In this document: positions 26,301 through 38,300 of the stretch, in pieces
How positions within the stretch are numbered: position 1 is the stretch's first letter
Layout: every line of letters begins with the position of its first letter
From: Podarcis vaucheri
Lineage: Eukaryota
Assembly: GCA_965113315.1 (NCBI GenBank)
Contig: OZ220364.1
Strand: one strand, 5' to 3'
Length of the DNA: 64,000 bases
The notes under the pieces: model-generated
The model's input: the letters and a program-made list of their open reading frames with translations, nothing else
Told to the model about the DNA's origin: nothing
Database searches by the model: none
Position numbers and translations under genes: made by a program

Positions 26301-29300
26301 TTGCACTCTTGATCAAAATCATCCCATCAGGCCAGCCACAGCTGGAACGGGTCTCGATAATCTGTACTTGCCACAACCTTCTTGACCACCTTCCCCCCAA
26401 AAAGTGAGTGCCTGCAACTGGTCAGTAGTTAGTCCAAACTAAAGAGTCAGCTTCTTTGGGAGTGGCCATACCCCTGCCTCTTTCAAGGTGGTAGGGACCA
26501 TCTCCTTATGCAGCGAAGGATTAACCATTTACATAGCTATTGGGCAGAATCCATTGATTATGCATAGGAAGCTATAACAATTTCCATTTCATTGCATCTG
26601 AACCTACTTGCACCAGTTCTTTCCACTCTATACATGTCACTCAGCCAAGACAGGAAAAAAATTCCAAGCTTGCTGTGGGTCCATTCGATGTAGGGCGATA
26701 GCATCTTTCTTCAGGCCTGTGATATATCCTTTTCTCCAAGGTGCCAATTGTGAGATCAACTTCGATGACTGTGCCAGCAACCCCTGTGATTATGGCATCT
26801 GCCGCGATGGCATCAATCGTTATGACTGCATCTGCAAACCTGGCTTCACAGGTGATGGCTGGGAGAATGAATTGCTGGTCGGGAATGGGGCAGAAGTAGG
26901 GGAAATTGAAGAGGGTCATAGTCAACAGCTACAGCTTTAATCAAGAGAGAATACCATGGCAGAATCTACAAGTGTTTGGCTTTGCAGGCAGAGCTTGAGG
27001 TAGCACTGCTCAATAGATGCTATAGGATTTAATCCATGCCTGGTGAAGGGGACAAAGCTGGATGAAAGCAGCAAGAAGTTTATTCTTGGCCACTCTGTTG
27101 CTGAGCAGTCCTTTCTCCCACTTAGGTCCCCTGTGCAACGTGGAGATTAATGAATGCGCCTCCAACCCCTGTAAGAATGGTGGCACCTGTGTGGATGGTG
27201 AAGACGGCTTCTCTTGCCTTTGCCCCGAGGGATTCCATGATCCACATTGCTATTCAGAAGTGGACGAGTGCAGCAGCAGCCCATGTGTGCATGGCACATG
27301 TCACGACAACATCAATGGGTGAGAACTGATTACCCCAGTGCATGAGCTGCTGCAGCAGGAGTAGGCAGGCTTTGCTCCTGTTGTTCCCATGAGGTGGCTC
27401 TGAAGACAGGAGTGGATTAAGTCACTTCCTACAGGCCAGTCAAATGGGCTAACAATGGGTGGTGCTTCTTGGAGGGTGTAAGAAAGCTTTCCCTCTTCAT
27501 CCTTTCTTTCCCCCCTTCTTTCCTCTGCAGGTACCAGTGTAAGTGTGAGCCAGGCTGGGCTGGCACCAACTGTGATGTGAACCACAACGAGTGTGAATCC
27601 AACCCATGCCAGCATGGAGGGACGTGCACTGACTATGTCAATGGCTATCGTTGCAAGTGCAAAGAAGGCTTTCAGGGTATGCGTCTCTATAGCTTCCTTG
27701 CCTTGCTTTTGTTGCCCGAACTTTACACCATGCTCAACCTCTGTCTAGCTCTTCTGTAGCCCAAGATACATATCTCACCCACATACTGTTTTTCATCTCT
27801 TGCCATCTCTGGATAATACTCTGCCTGTTGTCCAAAGTTATGCCTTCTATGTAACCTTCAGTGTTTGAGCCATCTAGATCTATGAGGGATTTGTAGGTAT
27901 CTGAACCCAGCTTCCCCCCAGTTCCATTTTCTGGTCCTTCATGGGAGCTGATGTTGGTTGGTGGCATTACAAGTGGGAGAAAGATTCATCTTCAGGGATA
28001 TCTGTGTTCATGGGGGACCTTAATACTTATCTGGTTCTTCTGCAGGGACCTACTGCCAGACCAACATAAATGACTGTGCCTCCAACCCTTGCCTCAACCA
28101 GGGCACCTGCACTGATGGCATTGCCAGCTATACCTGTATCTGTGACTTGCCTTACACTGGTGAGCTTTGTGGGCAGTGGGGAACACCTGAACATCTTCTG
28201 CAAAACTTAATTCTTGTTAAGGGACTTGATCTAGTGAAGGGACTTGATGGCAAACTCCATGCCAGGATTTCAGTTGGGAAGGGAGGGATTAATAAGCAGT
28301 AATTGTTTGTACATGTTAGAAATTCATATTGCCATGTTAGAAATTCATATTCTGCATTTTAGCCATTCATGGATAAGTAATGCCGATAATGACTAAAGGA
28401 CAATGGTGTGATAGTTAGGCCACAAATAATGGATGGAGAATATTGCATGTGTCTGTTTCTTCCTCCTTAAAAGATAATACAGTCGTACCTCGGAAGTCCA
28501 ACGGAATTCATTCCGGAAGTCGTTCGACTTCCAAAACATTCGGAAACCAAGGCACAGCTTCCTATTGGCTGCAGGAAGCTCTTGCAGCCGATCGGAAGCC
28601 ACGGAAGCTGTGTTGGATGTTGAGGTTCTGAAGAACGTTTGCAAACCAGAACACTCACTTCTGGGTTTGTAGCATTCGGGAGCCAAAACGTTCGACTTGC
28701 AAGGCGTTTGGGATCCAAGGTACGACTGTATGTACTTGGGTGCTCTAAAGGGAGAGTGCTTGGAGAGCTGAAATAGATGTGTGTGGTGTGAGAGAGAGAA
28801 AGAAAAAGAGAGACTGAGAAACAAAATAAATGATAAGGGATGACATGTTGCCTTTACTATGTTTAGTTCTTGGGAATTGCCACTGTGCATGCTGAGTTCA
28901 GGCGACAATGTCACAACATGGGTAGGGAGAAGGATCTGAGTCACTCATCATTTGGTGATGTCACAGGCATTATCCAATAGATGCCTTTGGTATTTGTGCA
29001 ACTTCCATTCTACAAGTCACTTTAAATTGCAACAGCATCTGCTTTCTGCAAACCACATTTTTAAAGCAGCAATATGTCATGGTTAGGGAGCCTGGAGATG
29101 GGTATAAACAAAAGTGCTTCCTCAAAGAAAGACATCTGGATCCATGCAACAAATGACTGGCAGCTAAACATTTGTTACTCTATAAACTGACAAACTGGGA
29201 AAGCTCTTGAATTAACTTTATTATATATACCTTATGTATAAAATATAATTCCCACTGACATTACTTTGTGGCTAGACATTTGGTCTCTGAACTTGATTTG

Positions 29301-32300
29301 TATTCCTGTTGAGTTCAAGACATACATGTTATATAGTTCAGAATAAGATGGCTATTAGGCCAGTGGAAATCCAAACAAGTACCCTTATCTATTTCCCTCC
29401 CCACAGGCCGGAATTGTGAGAATGTGCTGGCTCCCTGTTTCCCCAATCCATGTAAGAACAATGGTGTCTGTGACCACACACCGGACTATGAGAGCTTTAC
29501 CTGTGGTTGTGCACCAGGCTGGCAAGGTACTCAGACTCATGAGCCACATTCTTCCTGTACTTTTCTGAATATTGTGGCATCTAATCCTATGAGCCTATGT
29601 GCCAGTTTTATATTTTAATTTGTTTTAATTTTGGGGTGGTTTTTAAATATAAAGGCATTTTTACTAATTTGAGTTTGTATGGCTCACTTTCCTGAGTGTC
29701 TTTGGATGGATGTGAAAAAGAAATTTCAGAAGTAAAATTAAATATTTTTACTTGGTTTGACATTCTTGTACTGATTTTACTTCACAAATACCTTTACCAG
29801 AAGATCTGCCATTCTAATGTGGCATATTTAGCAATATTCCTGATGGTAATTGTGACTGGATAATCTAATAATTTTCTTATATCTATGCATTCTGTGTGAT
29901 TGATTATTTGATAGTAGACACATGCTTGGGATATTGTTTTGTTGTTTCCTTCATTGTTGTTGGATTTTTGCTTCTCCACATAGTGGATGCAGCAATATGA
30001 AAAAGTCAATAGAAGTGGATGGGGGGGGAGGGGGGAAAACAAACAGTAACCATATTTTCTTATCCCCATAGGGCAGCAATGCCAGATTGACATTAATGAA
30101 TGTGACCAGGACCCATGTCGAAATAGGGGCACCTGCACCAACACACATGGCAGTTACAGGTGTGCCTGCCGTCCCGGCTACACTGGTACCAACTGTGAGC
30201 TGGATATTGATGACTGCAAACCAAGTGAGTTCATTGAGCACATGGGACAACAGGAAAGAACAACCAAGAATCGGAGATCTTGCTAACTATGTTGGTGAGG
30301 CAGTATAGCAAAAAGAACTGGGTGAAAGTTCTAGGAAGAAGGAGCACTGGTAGGACAGGAAACCTAATAAAGAACTGGAAACTGGGCAAAAAGGTCATTA
30401 GGGGACATCTGCCTTTCCAGGCAGGCTTCCAAGTTCACATTTTGGGAAGTGGCTGTGCCTTGTCATTTGGCTTATGTCTAGAGAATTAAAATGCTAAGAC
30501 AATTAAATGGTACAGACTAGATGATTTAAGCAAATTTGCTTTCTTTTACCTAAGCATAATCTGTGTTGCATCACGATTGCTAATTGCAAACTCAGAACTT
30601 TGAGTGCCAGTGCTTATGTAGCCAAGACAGAACCCTCCATGCATATGAGAGAGGTGTCGGCAGGTCTGGGTGAACCCCAAGTTTTTCACAGGACTACAAG
30701 AAGTTTTGAAGGGGAAACACTCCTCTTAAACAGTCCAACAAGACAGAGTAAGCTTACTGACCATGGAATGTTGACGGATTGTTGTGGGTGGGGTGGGTGG
30801 GGGAAACTGGCAGGGGGAACAGGAATGCTTAACATAGCAACAATTGCTTGCAGGTTCCATTTGTACTTCAGACTTTTAAACTTTGCAGAACTTGGATTTC
30901 TTTGGCTAGGTATAGAATTGTAGAGTTGGAAGGGACCATGAGGGTCATCTAATCCAACCCTATGCAATGCAGGAATCTTTTGCCCAACGTGGGGCTTGAA
31001 CCCAGAACCCTGAGATTAAGAGTCTCATGCTCTACCGACTGAGCTATTCCAATATAGGCTAGAGCAGTACTAAGAGTAGGCTGTGGACTGTGACTGCAAC
31101 TGATATTCAGACAGAACTAGATCTTATTTGGATGGAGATGTTTGAATGTAACATTAACTCCTGTTAATGCCAGTGAAAATTCAACATGCCTGTGTCTCTC
31201 CTGGATTATGTCCGTGACTCTGCATGTGTGAAGTTAAACATGACAAAAGATCTTAGTCTTTTTGTATTGGAGGATGTCGTAGTGAAAGAGTTGAGAGCTT
31301 GTCTTGATCCCTCTGAGTATTCCTATCCCTGCCAACAGATCCTTGCCTGAATGGTGGCTCCTGCCAAGATGGCATCAGTACTTTCATGTGCACCTGCCTG
31401 CCAGGCTTCACAGGCATACACTGTGCAACTGAGACCAATGAGTGCCTGAGCAACCCCTGCCGCAATGGCGCCACCTGCACAGACTACGTCAACAGCTACA
31501 CCTGTACTTGTGCGCCAGGCTGGGCTGGCCTACACTGTGAGCAGAATGTTCAGGAATGCACCGACAGGTGAGCTGATAGTTTGTCATGAGGAACAGTGAC
31601 TTATGTCTGCCTATCTTTTAACTCGTATTACTCAGAGGGCACATTTTGCAGAATGGATAAAGGTAAAGGGACCCCTGACCATTAGGTCCAGTCGTGGCCA
31701 ACTCTGGGGTTGCGGCGCTCATCTCGCTTTATTAGCTGAGGGAGACAGCGTACAGCTTCTGGGTCATGTGGCCAGCATGACTAAGCTGCTTCTGGTGAAC
31801 CAGAGCAGCGCATGGAAACGCCATTTACCTTCCCGCCAGAGCTGTACCTATTTATCTACTTGCACTTTGATGTGCTTTCGAACTGCTAGGTTGGCAGGAG
31901 CAGGGACCAAGCAACGGGAGCTCACCCCATCACGGGGATTCGAACCACTGACCTTCTGATTGGCAAGTCCTAGGCTCTGTGGTTTAACCCACAGCACCAC
32001 CCCGGCCCCATTCATATGAACATAGCCAAACAGCACTATATGATAGGAGTTAGTCAAGAGGGATGGCTTACTGCTGTACAGTTCACATGTTTTATATATT
32101 CGAGCTAGTTCCCCACTGTTTCATGTTTAATAAGGACCCAGAGCTTTCTTCTCTGATTTTTAGAACAAAGTGACTGTCTTATTCTAGTAGCAATGTGCGG
32201 AAAGGGCTCTGTTCTAGAAAACTCTAGATGGACGAATGGTTCAGAAGTAGGTAGGATCCTGTTTAAAAGGAGACAGTGTACTCCTGTCCCCTCTTTGCTC

Positions 32301-35300
32301 CTAACTCCTCTGTCAGTAAAAACTGATAATTAGTTATTCATATGAACACAAGACTAAGCCTGGGGTTAAGTGCTGGATGCTATTGGGTGACAAGAACAAG
32401 ATCTGAAGTTCCCCTGGTTGTCAGTTACAGGCAAATCCAATCCAGTTGTAAAGAATGGTCTAATACTGAGCAAGGAGGGAGGCTTATCACACAGCTGCAT
32501 TTTTCACTTAGAACAGAAACTTCTGTGTAAGGCAGATGCAAGCCAGCACAACTAGCCAAGTGTTAGCGGGTGGGGTAGGCCTAGCCTATGCTGGGTGTCT
32601 CTTGGGGTAGATAACCTCCTTCCTTCCTCCTTCCTTTATTCCTGACTCCTGTACTTTTGTTCCGGCAGCTCCTGCTTCAATGGTGGCACATGCTTGGATG
32701 GAGTGAATTCGTACACATGCCACTGCCGGGCTGGCTTCAAAGGATCCCACTGCCAGCATGAGATTGATGAGTGCCAGTCACAGCCCTGCCTCAATGGTGG
32801 CGTATGCCAGGATGGTGTGCAGTCCTACCGCTGTACCTGTCCTAAGGGCTACACAGGTTCTCAGTGCCAGGTAATCCACCCCAGGCCTCTGTCGAAAGGG
32901 AATAAGGTGGTTCAGGCTTTCTCTTGTTTAAGCCTGAGCCGCTAAGTTTGGGTGGAGTTTACATCTTTTCTATAAAAACCCAGTACATATGCCTTGCAAG
33001 CAGGCCCCTAGAGAGGTTGCAGTATGGAGACACCTAATGGAGATGGATTGGGAAGGCGCCTGGGTTTCGTCATCGTTGGTGGGAGCTGGGTGCTTTTATT
33101 TTGCCACAAAATCTCTTGCCTTGTCATGCCCCCTCTAGACCCTGCTGGATTTGTGTAGTCGCTCCCCCTGTCAGAATGGTGGCCGCTGTATGCAAACAGG
33201 CACTACCTTATCCTGTTCCTGCCCTGGAGGTTGGACTGGGCGTTACTGCGACATCCCCAATGTTTCTTGTGAAGTGGTGGCCAGGAACCGAGGTAAGGAA
33301 ACATGCTCCAGGGGCAGTGAAACGGAAGCCCTTCTTCCTCATTTACTCTGCTATCTGCTTCCTCAGTGACCTTGATGACGCATGTTTGTCATCCAGGCTC
33401 CCCGGCATTATCAGCTTATGCTCACTGGCAAAGCTGATACAGGACTTCCAGAGTTGACACAGAGAATGTTACTTGCCTTCCGTGATGCGGGGACAATGCC
33501 CTTGGGTTCACTGGTGCTCCAATCAATATTTCAGACGGCTATTCCCAGTGGCATTGGAAACTAAAAATGCTCAACGTTTGAAGTCAATTTTTCCATGCTT
33601 CTAGGGGGCAGAATAAAAGCTGCAAATGTTGTTGCAGAAGTGGTAGTTCTGTATATGAAACTCTGTAATAATTTCAAAATGGTGTGATAATGGCTGAGGG
33701 CAATGGAGAGTTGGTCTGGATTCCCTGGTCCTGCTATGGTACTGGAGCACGTTGCATGTTCTGTCACAATTTAACCTCTATTATCAAGACTCTAAAGAGG
33801 CTTTTTTTTTTTTTTACATTTTACAGAAATGTAAATTAAAATCTGACTTACGAAACATTGGGATATGTTGTGCTTCCCCAATAAAGTGTCCTTTAAATTG
33901 AGGTGGGCAATAAAGTTTAGTGCTTGGAGGAAGCCCTTGGGTTCTGTTCTTATGACCAACTTGCTTGTACAATGTTGCTTCAGTCTTCACTTACCCTGCT
34001 TTTAGTCACTTTGTCTAATCATCCTTTGGAAGCAGGAGGGCAGAATATGTGGCAGTACACAATGTGTAATTTGCTTTTCCGTACAATAGGTGTGACCAAA
34101 GAGCAAGTGTGTCATTATGGCGGCCGTTGCGTGGATGCTGGCAATACTCACTACTGCATTTGCAAAAAAAGCTACACCGGCAGCTACTGTGAGAGTGAAG
34201 TGGACCACTGCCAGTACAACCTGTGTCGAAATGGGGGTACCTGTCGCAGTTTTGTGGGAGACTACGTCTGTGAGGTGAGGGAGTCCTTGCAGCCAGGAAC
34301 AGGCCAGGGTTCCTGGTGTCTCTTCAGAACTCTGGGAAACCTGGTAACATTTAATGATGAGTTGTTGAATGTCCAGTGAACAATTGTAAAATAAGATAAG
34401 AAAATGGCACAAATCTGCAACTTATTTTCCCAGTAATTAAAAAAAAAACAACAACCACGAAAACCCCTCTATTTTCTTCCAAAGTTTTATTTCGTTGAAA
34501 TATCGATATGGATTATAATTGTTTTCCCACTACTGCAACCTTCCTTACTTTTGGTGTCAATTCCTATTTGATGGCTGGTCAGATTGGTTGAACTTCCGCC
34601 ATGCCTTACAAAATCCATACATCTTTAGTTTTATTCTTTGCCGCATCATTGTTGCATATCAGCAATGAAGTCCATTGTGTTGTTTCTCAAATTCTCTGTA
34701 AGAGTTTTTTCTCATCACGCCAGGCACAGCCAAACCCATATTTATATGCCCTTGTGGGGGATGCAGAGAGTTGTGTTATGTGTAGAAAACAGCCTGCCCT
34801 ACAAAGTAAAATTTACGGTCATTGCTCCACCCATTTTTGCCTCTGTGGCTCCACCCACCACATGACTACTGGAAGGGAGTATAGCCATCAGAAGGGAATG
34901 TAGCCATCAGACTGGAGAAGGTTCACTATCTATGGTCTAGAGACGTTGAAGAAGTACAGCATTACACAGGAACCAAACAGAAATGATACACATTTTTTGT
35001 TCATCCACAAGAGCTGCAGTGTTTTCTAACAACATATGTCAGCCATGATCTTGTGATACAGTTTCATAATTATGTTTAATGTTTGTTCTTGCTATGTATT
35101 TTCCTTCCTTTTTATGAAGCCAGACTGATCTATTTGTATAAATCTTGGAATAATTTGCCATAGTCTATTTGCTCAAAGTCCCATTGAAGTTTAATAATCT
35201 TAATTTGGACAAGAAAGAGGATGGTGCAACTTGAAGGATCTTTCCCTTCCTTATGAAATTGTACTAGTTTTACTTGATTTTACACATCAATAATAGTACA

Positions 35301-38300
35301 GTTTAACAAACAAAACATAAATTTTAATGGAACCAAGAGCAGGAAACCTTTTCAAGGACGCAAGACTTCAGCCTTTCTGGCCCCTTTGTGCTCATTGCTG
35401 TTTTTTCTTGTTTGCTTCTCCTCTACTCCAGTGCCCGCTAGGGTTCGAGGGGAAAAACTGTGAGTATGACATTGATGAGTGTCAGTCACACCCCTGCCAG
35501 AATGGAGGGACTTGCATTGATCTTGTTGGCCGCTACATTTGCTCCTGTCCACCTGGAACTCTGGGTAAGTGCTCCTGGGTAAAGGGAGACCTTTACCAAT
35601 ATTACCTGTCGGAGGAAAGTAGCAGACTGGGGAAAGGATTTAAGTTCTTATGGCACAGGTTTTTATTGTTGGATTTGCAGTTTTGTTGAAGAATAGTGAA
35701 AGGGAGCTCTGAATTTCCCCTTAGGGCACAGGATGGAGAACATGGGCTCAGAGTTCTCCCAGGCCTCTTTTTGAGGGAGGACAGCTTTAGCAACAGTGCC
35801 CAGGGCAATGGATGGATGGATGGATGTTGACTCACTGTTGGGCACCATAAAGGGCGAGGAATCTTGTTTTTTCCACAGAGACAATGCAAGGATTGTGAGA
35901 AGGAGGAAGAGGTTTGTCTTCCCTGAGTCTGGATGTTTAATGTGATTGCGTGTTTGTCATCTCTCTAGGTGTCTTGTGTGAAATAAATGAAGATGATTGT
36001 GCTATGAATCCTGGCTCCCGGGTCCCCAAATGCCTCAACAATGGGACATGTGTGGACAGAGTTGGTGGCTACCGATGCAGCTGCCCACCAGGTTTCACAG
36101 GCGAGCGCTGTGAGGGAGACATCAATGAGTGCCAGTCCAACCATTGCCACCCACGCAACACACTTGATTGCGTCCAGGAAGCCAGTGACTACCACTGCAT
36201 TTGCAAGCCAGGCTACACTGGTGAGTGACAGTGTGTTCTTTTTTCATGTGGCTGATGTGTGCAAGGAGCAAGGGAGAGTGTGCCCAAAGCGGACCCCAGT
36301 GATGTGTAGAGGAGCCAGGCTCAAGGGCTGCAAGTAGGAAGACTCTCCCCTGTAAAGAAGTTAGGAGTTCATCTTCAACCAAGTGGGTGGAGGGGAATCC
36401 AGCTGTGCAGCTAAATGCATATTTGTGATCTAAAACAAAGATTGGAATGGTGACTGGATGAGATGGGCCTCTTTGGCCATTTCAGTGAGCAAATATGAGC
36501 TTTGAGAACTAGTGCTAAGATGCAAGGCCAAATATAGCAGGGTGGTGGTCTTTGGGGGTAGGTTCTGTTGGAATCCATCAGTAATACTCTTGTTTTTCAT
36601 ATCCTCAGGCCGCCATTGCAAGAACATTGTGAATGCATGTGACTCTCAACCTTGCCAGAATGGTGGGAAGTGTAATCCGGCAGTCAACCTGCCTCTAGGC
36701 TACACCTGCCACTGTCCCCGGGTGAGTCCCCTACAACACAGCTGCTTACAGCAAGTGGCTAATGCAACTCCTATACACAAACATTGCAAGGGGCTAGGCG
36801 AGGGAGAGAAAGGAAGACTGCGGTTGGGAGGATTAGGTGGGGGAACCGTTAGGTTGACATGTTGGTGCTGTGCTATGAATGAGTTTCAGTACCTGTTAGG
36901 ACAAGGTTTCTGTCTGGGAGGCTTTTTGGAGGTAGAGAGTTTAGTGTCCTCCAATGCAACGCTTGTCATGGAAGGAGTTTCTATTTGGGAGTGGCAGGAA
37001 ACAATTCTGCCGTGTGATCTTGTGGGAATTCTGGTTGTGAAACCTGCAAGAGAAGTTTGATGCAGTGCCATAACACAATGCAGAAGTCTAATATTGGGTA
37101 ATAAGGGGAGATGGTGTTGGTGAATGGTGCCCAGTACTGGAGGATGTGGGGTGTGGGAAGGTACTTCTTGAGGGCAGGTTATGGGTGCTGGGCCTTGAGA
37201 TTTGTGGAGGGAAGAATTTACTCACCAAGCTGAGCGCTTGTAAGAGAGCAGCTATGGTGCCAGAGGCTTTCTGTTGTAAGGCCAGCAGTTGGAGCGATTT
37301 GAGGGCTTGGCCGGCTTTCCAATCCTAACTCTGCTTGTTATTCTTTTCCAGGGTTATTCAGGCATCCGCTGTGAGCGCATGCTCTCCTGCCGGGAACTCT
37401 CCTGCTTCAATGGTGGCAGCTGCCGGACCACAGCGCTGGGTCCTCGCTGCTCCTGCCTGCCTGGGTGGGCTGGACCGGAATGCCGCCTGCATGCCAACAG
37501 CAGCTGTGCCAGCATGCCCTGCCACAATGGGGGTGCTTGCCATGAGACTGCTGACCCCCCTTATTTTCAGTGCCTTTGTCTTGGTGACTACACGGGGTTT
37601 CGCTGCCAGACCCGCACTCTGAAGCTCCCTGAGGTCCACTGCCCGCTGAAGGAGTGTGCTGCAAAGGCTGGGGATTTCTACTGTGACAAGATGTGCAACA
37701 GTCCAGCCTGCCACTGGGATGGCGGTGACTGTTCCCTGCGAGTCGATGATCCCTGGAAGCAGTGCGAGAGCCCCCTGTGCTTGCAGCTCTTCAACAACAG
37801 CCAGTGTGATGAGATGTGCAACACTGCCGAGTGCCTTTATGACAACTTTGACTGCAAGAGCCATGAGTCCAGCTGCAAGTGAGTCCTGCCACTGCCTCTT
37901 GAGTAGGGGAGACATCTAGTTGTGTATACTGTACCAGAGACCCCTGGAATCAAGGGCCACCCCAACTAAATGAGGAACCAAGACTTATTTTAGGCAGCGT
38001 AGGGGTGCTTTGCACAAACACGGGTGCTTCCACTGAGACCTATGAATTTATATCTGTCCCTTTGTCCGACACCAAACATGGCAGAGTCTTGGTATTATTT
38101 GCATGGATTCCTTCTATGTGTTCCACTTGACTAGCTCTGAGACTTGGCCATGTTAGCTGTGGGGTGTAGGAATCCGCTGCAGACCCATAATGCCTTGTGC
38201 CCTTTCCTCCTTAGGGCTTAACAAGGCACCAGTGAGCTGTATTGGCACAGGGTTGGTTATGACAGGCATGACTCAGTTCCTTCTCCTCCTCCTTCTTCCA

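Noticed and set aside
30981-31053. Functional tRNA-Lys(CTT) gene
   Set aside because: The 5' acceptor strand (ATTGGAA) cannot pair with the 3' strand, and the sequence is fused to a CR1 tail, so it is a SINE.
1849-37878. Unpaired (CADASIL-type) cysteine or pseudogenising lesion
   Set aside because: Manual translation gave six cysteines in each of the 35 EGF repeats, with no stops or frameshifts.
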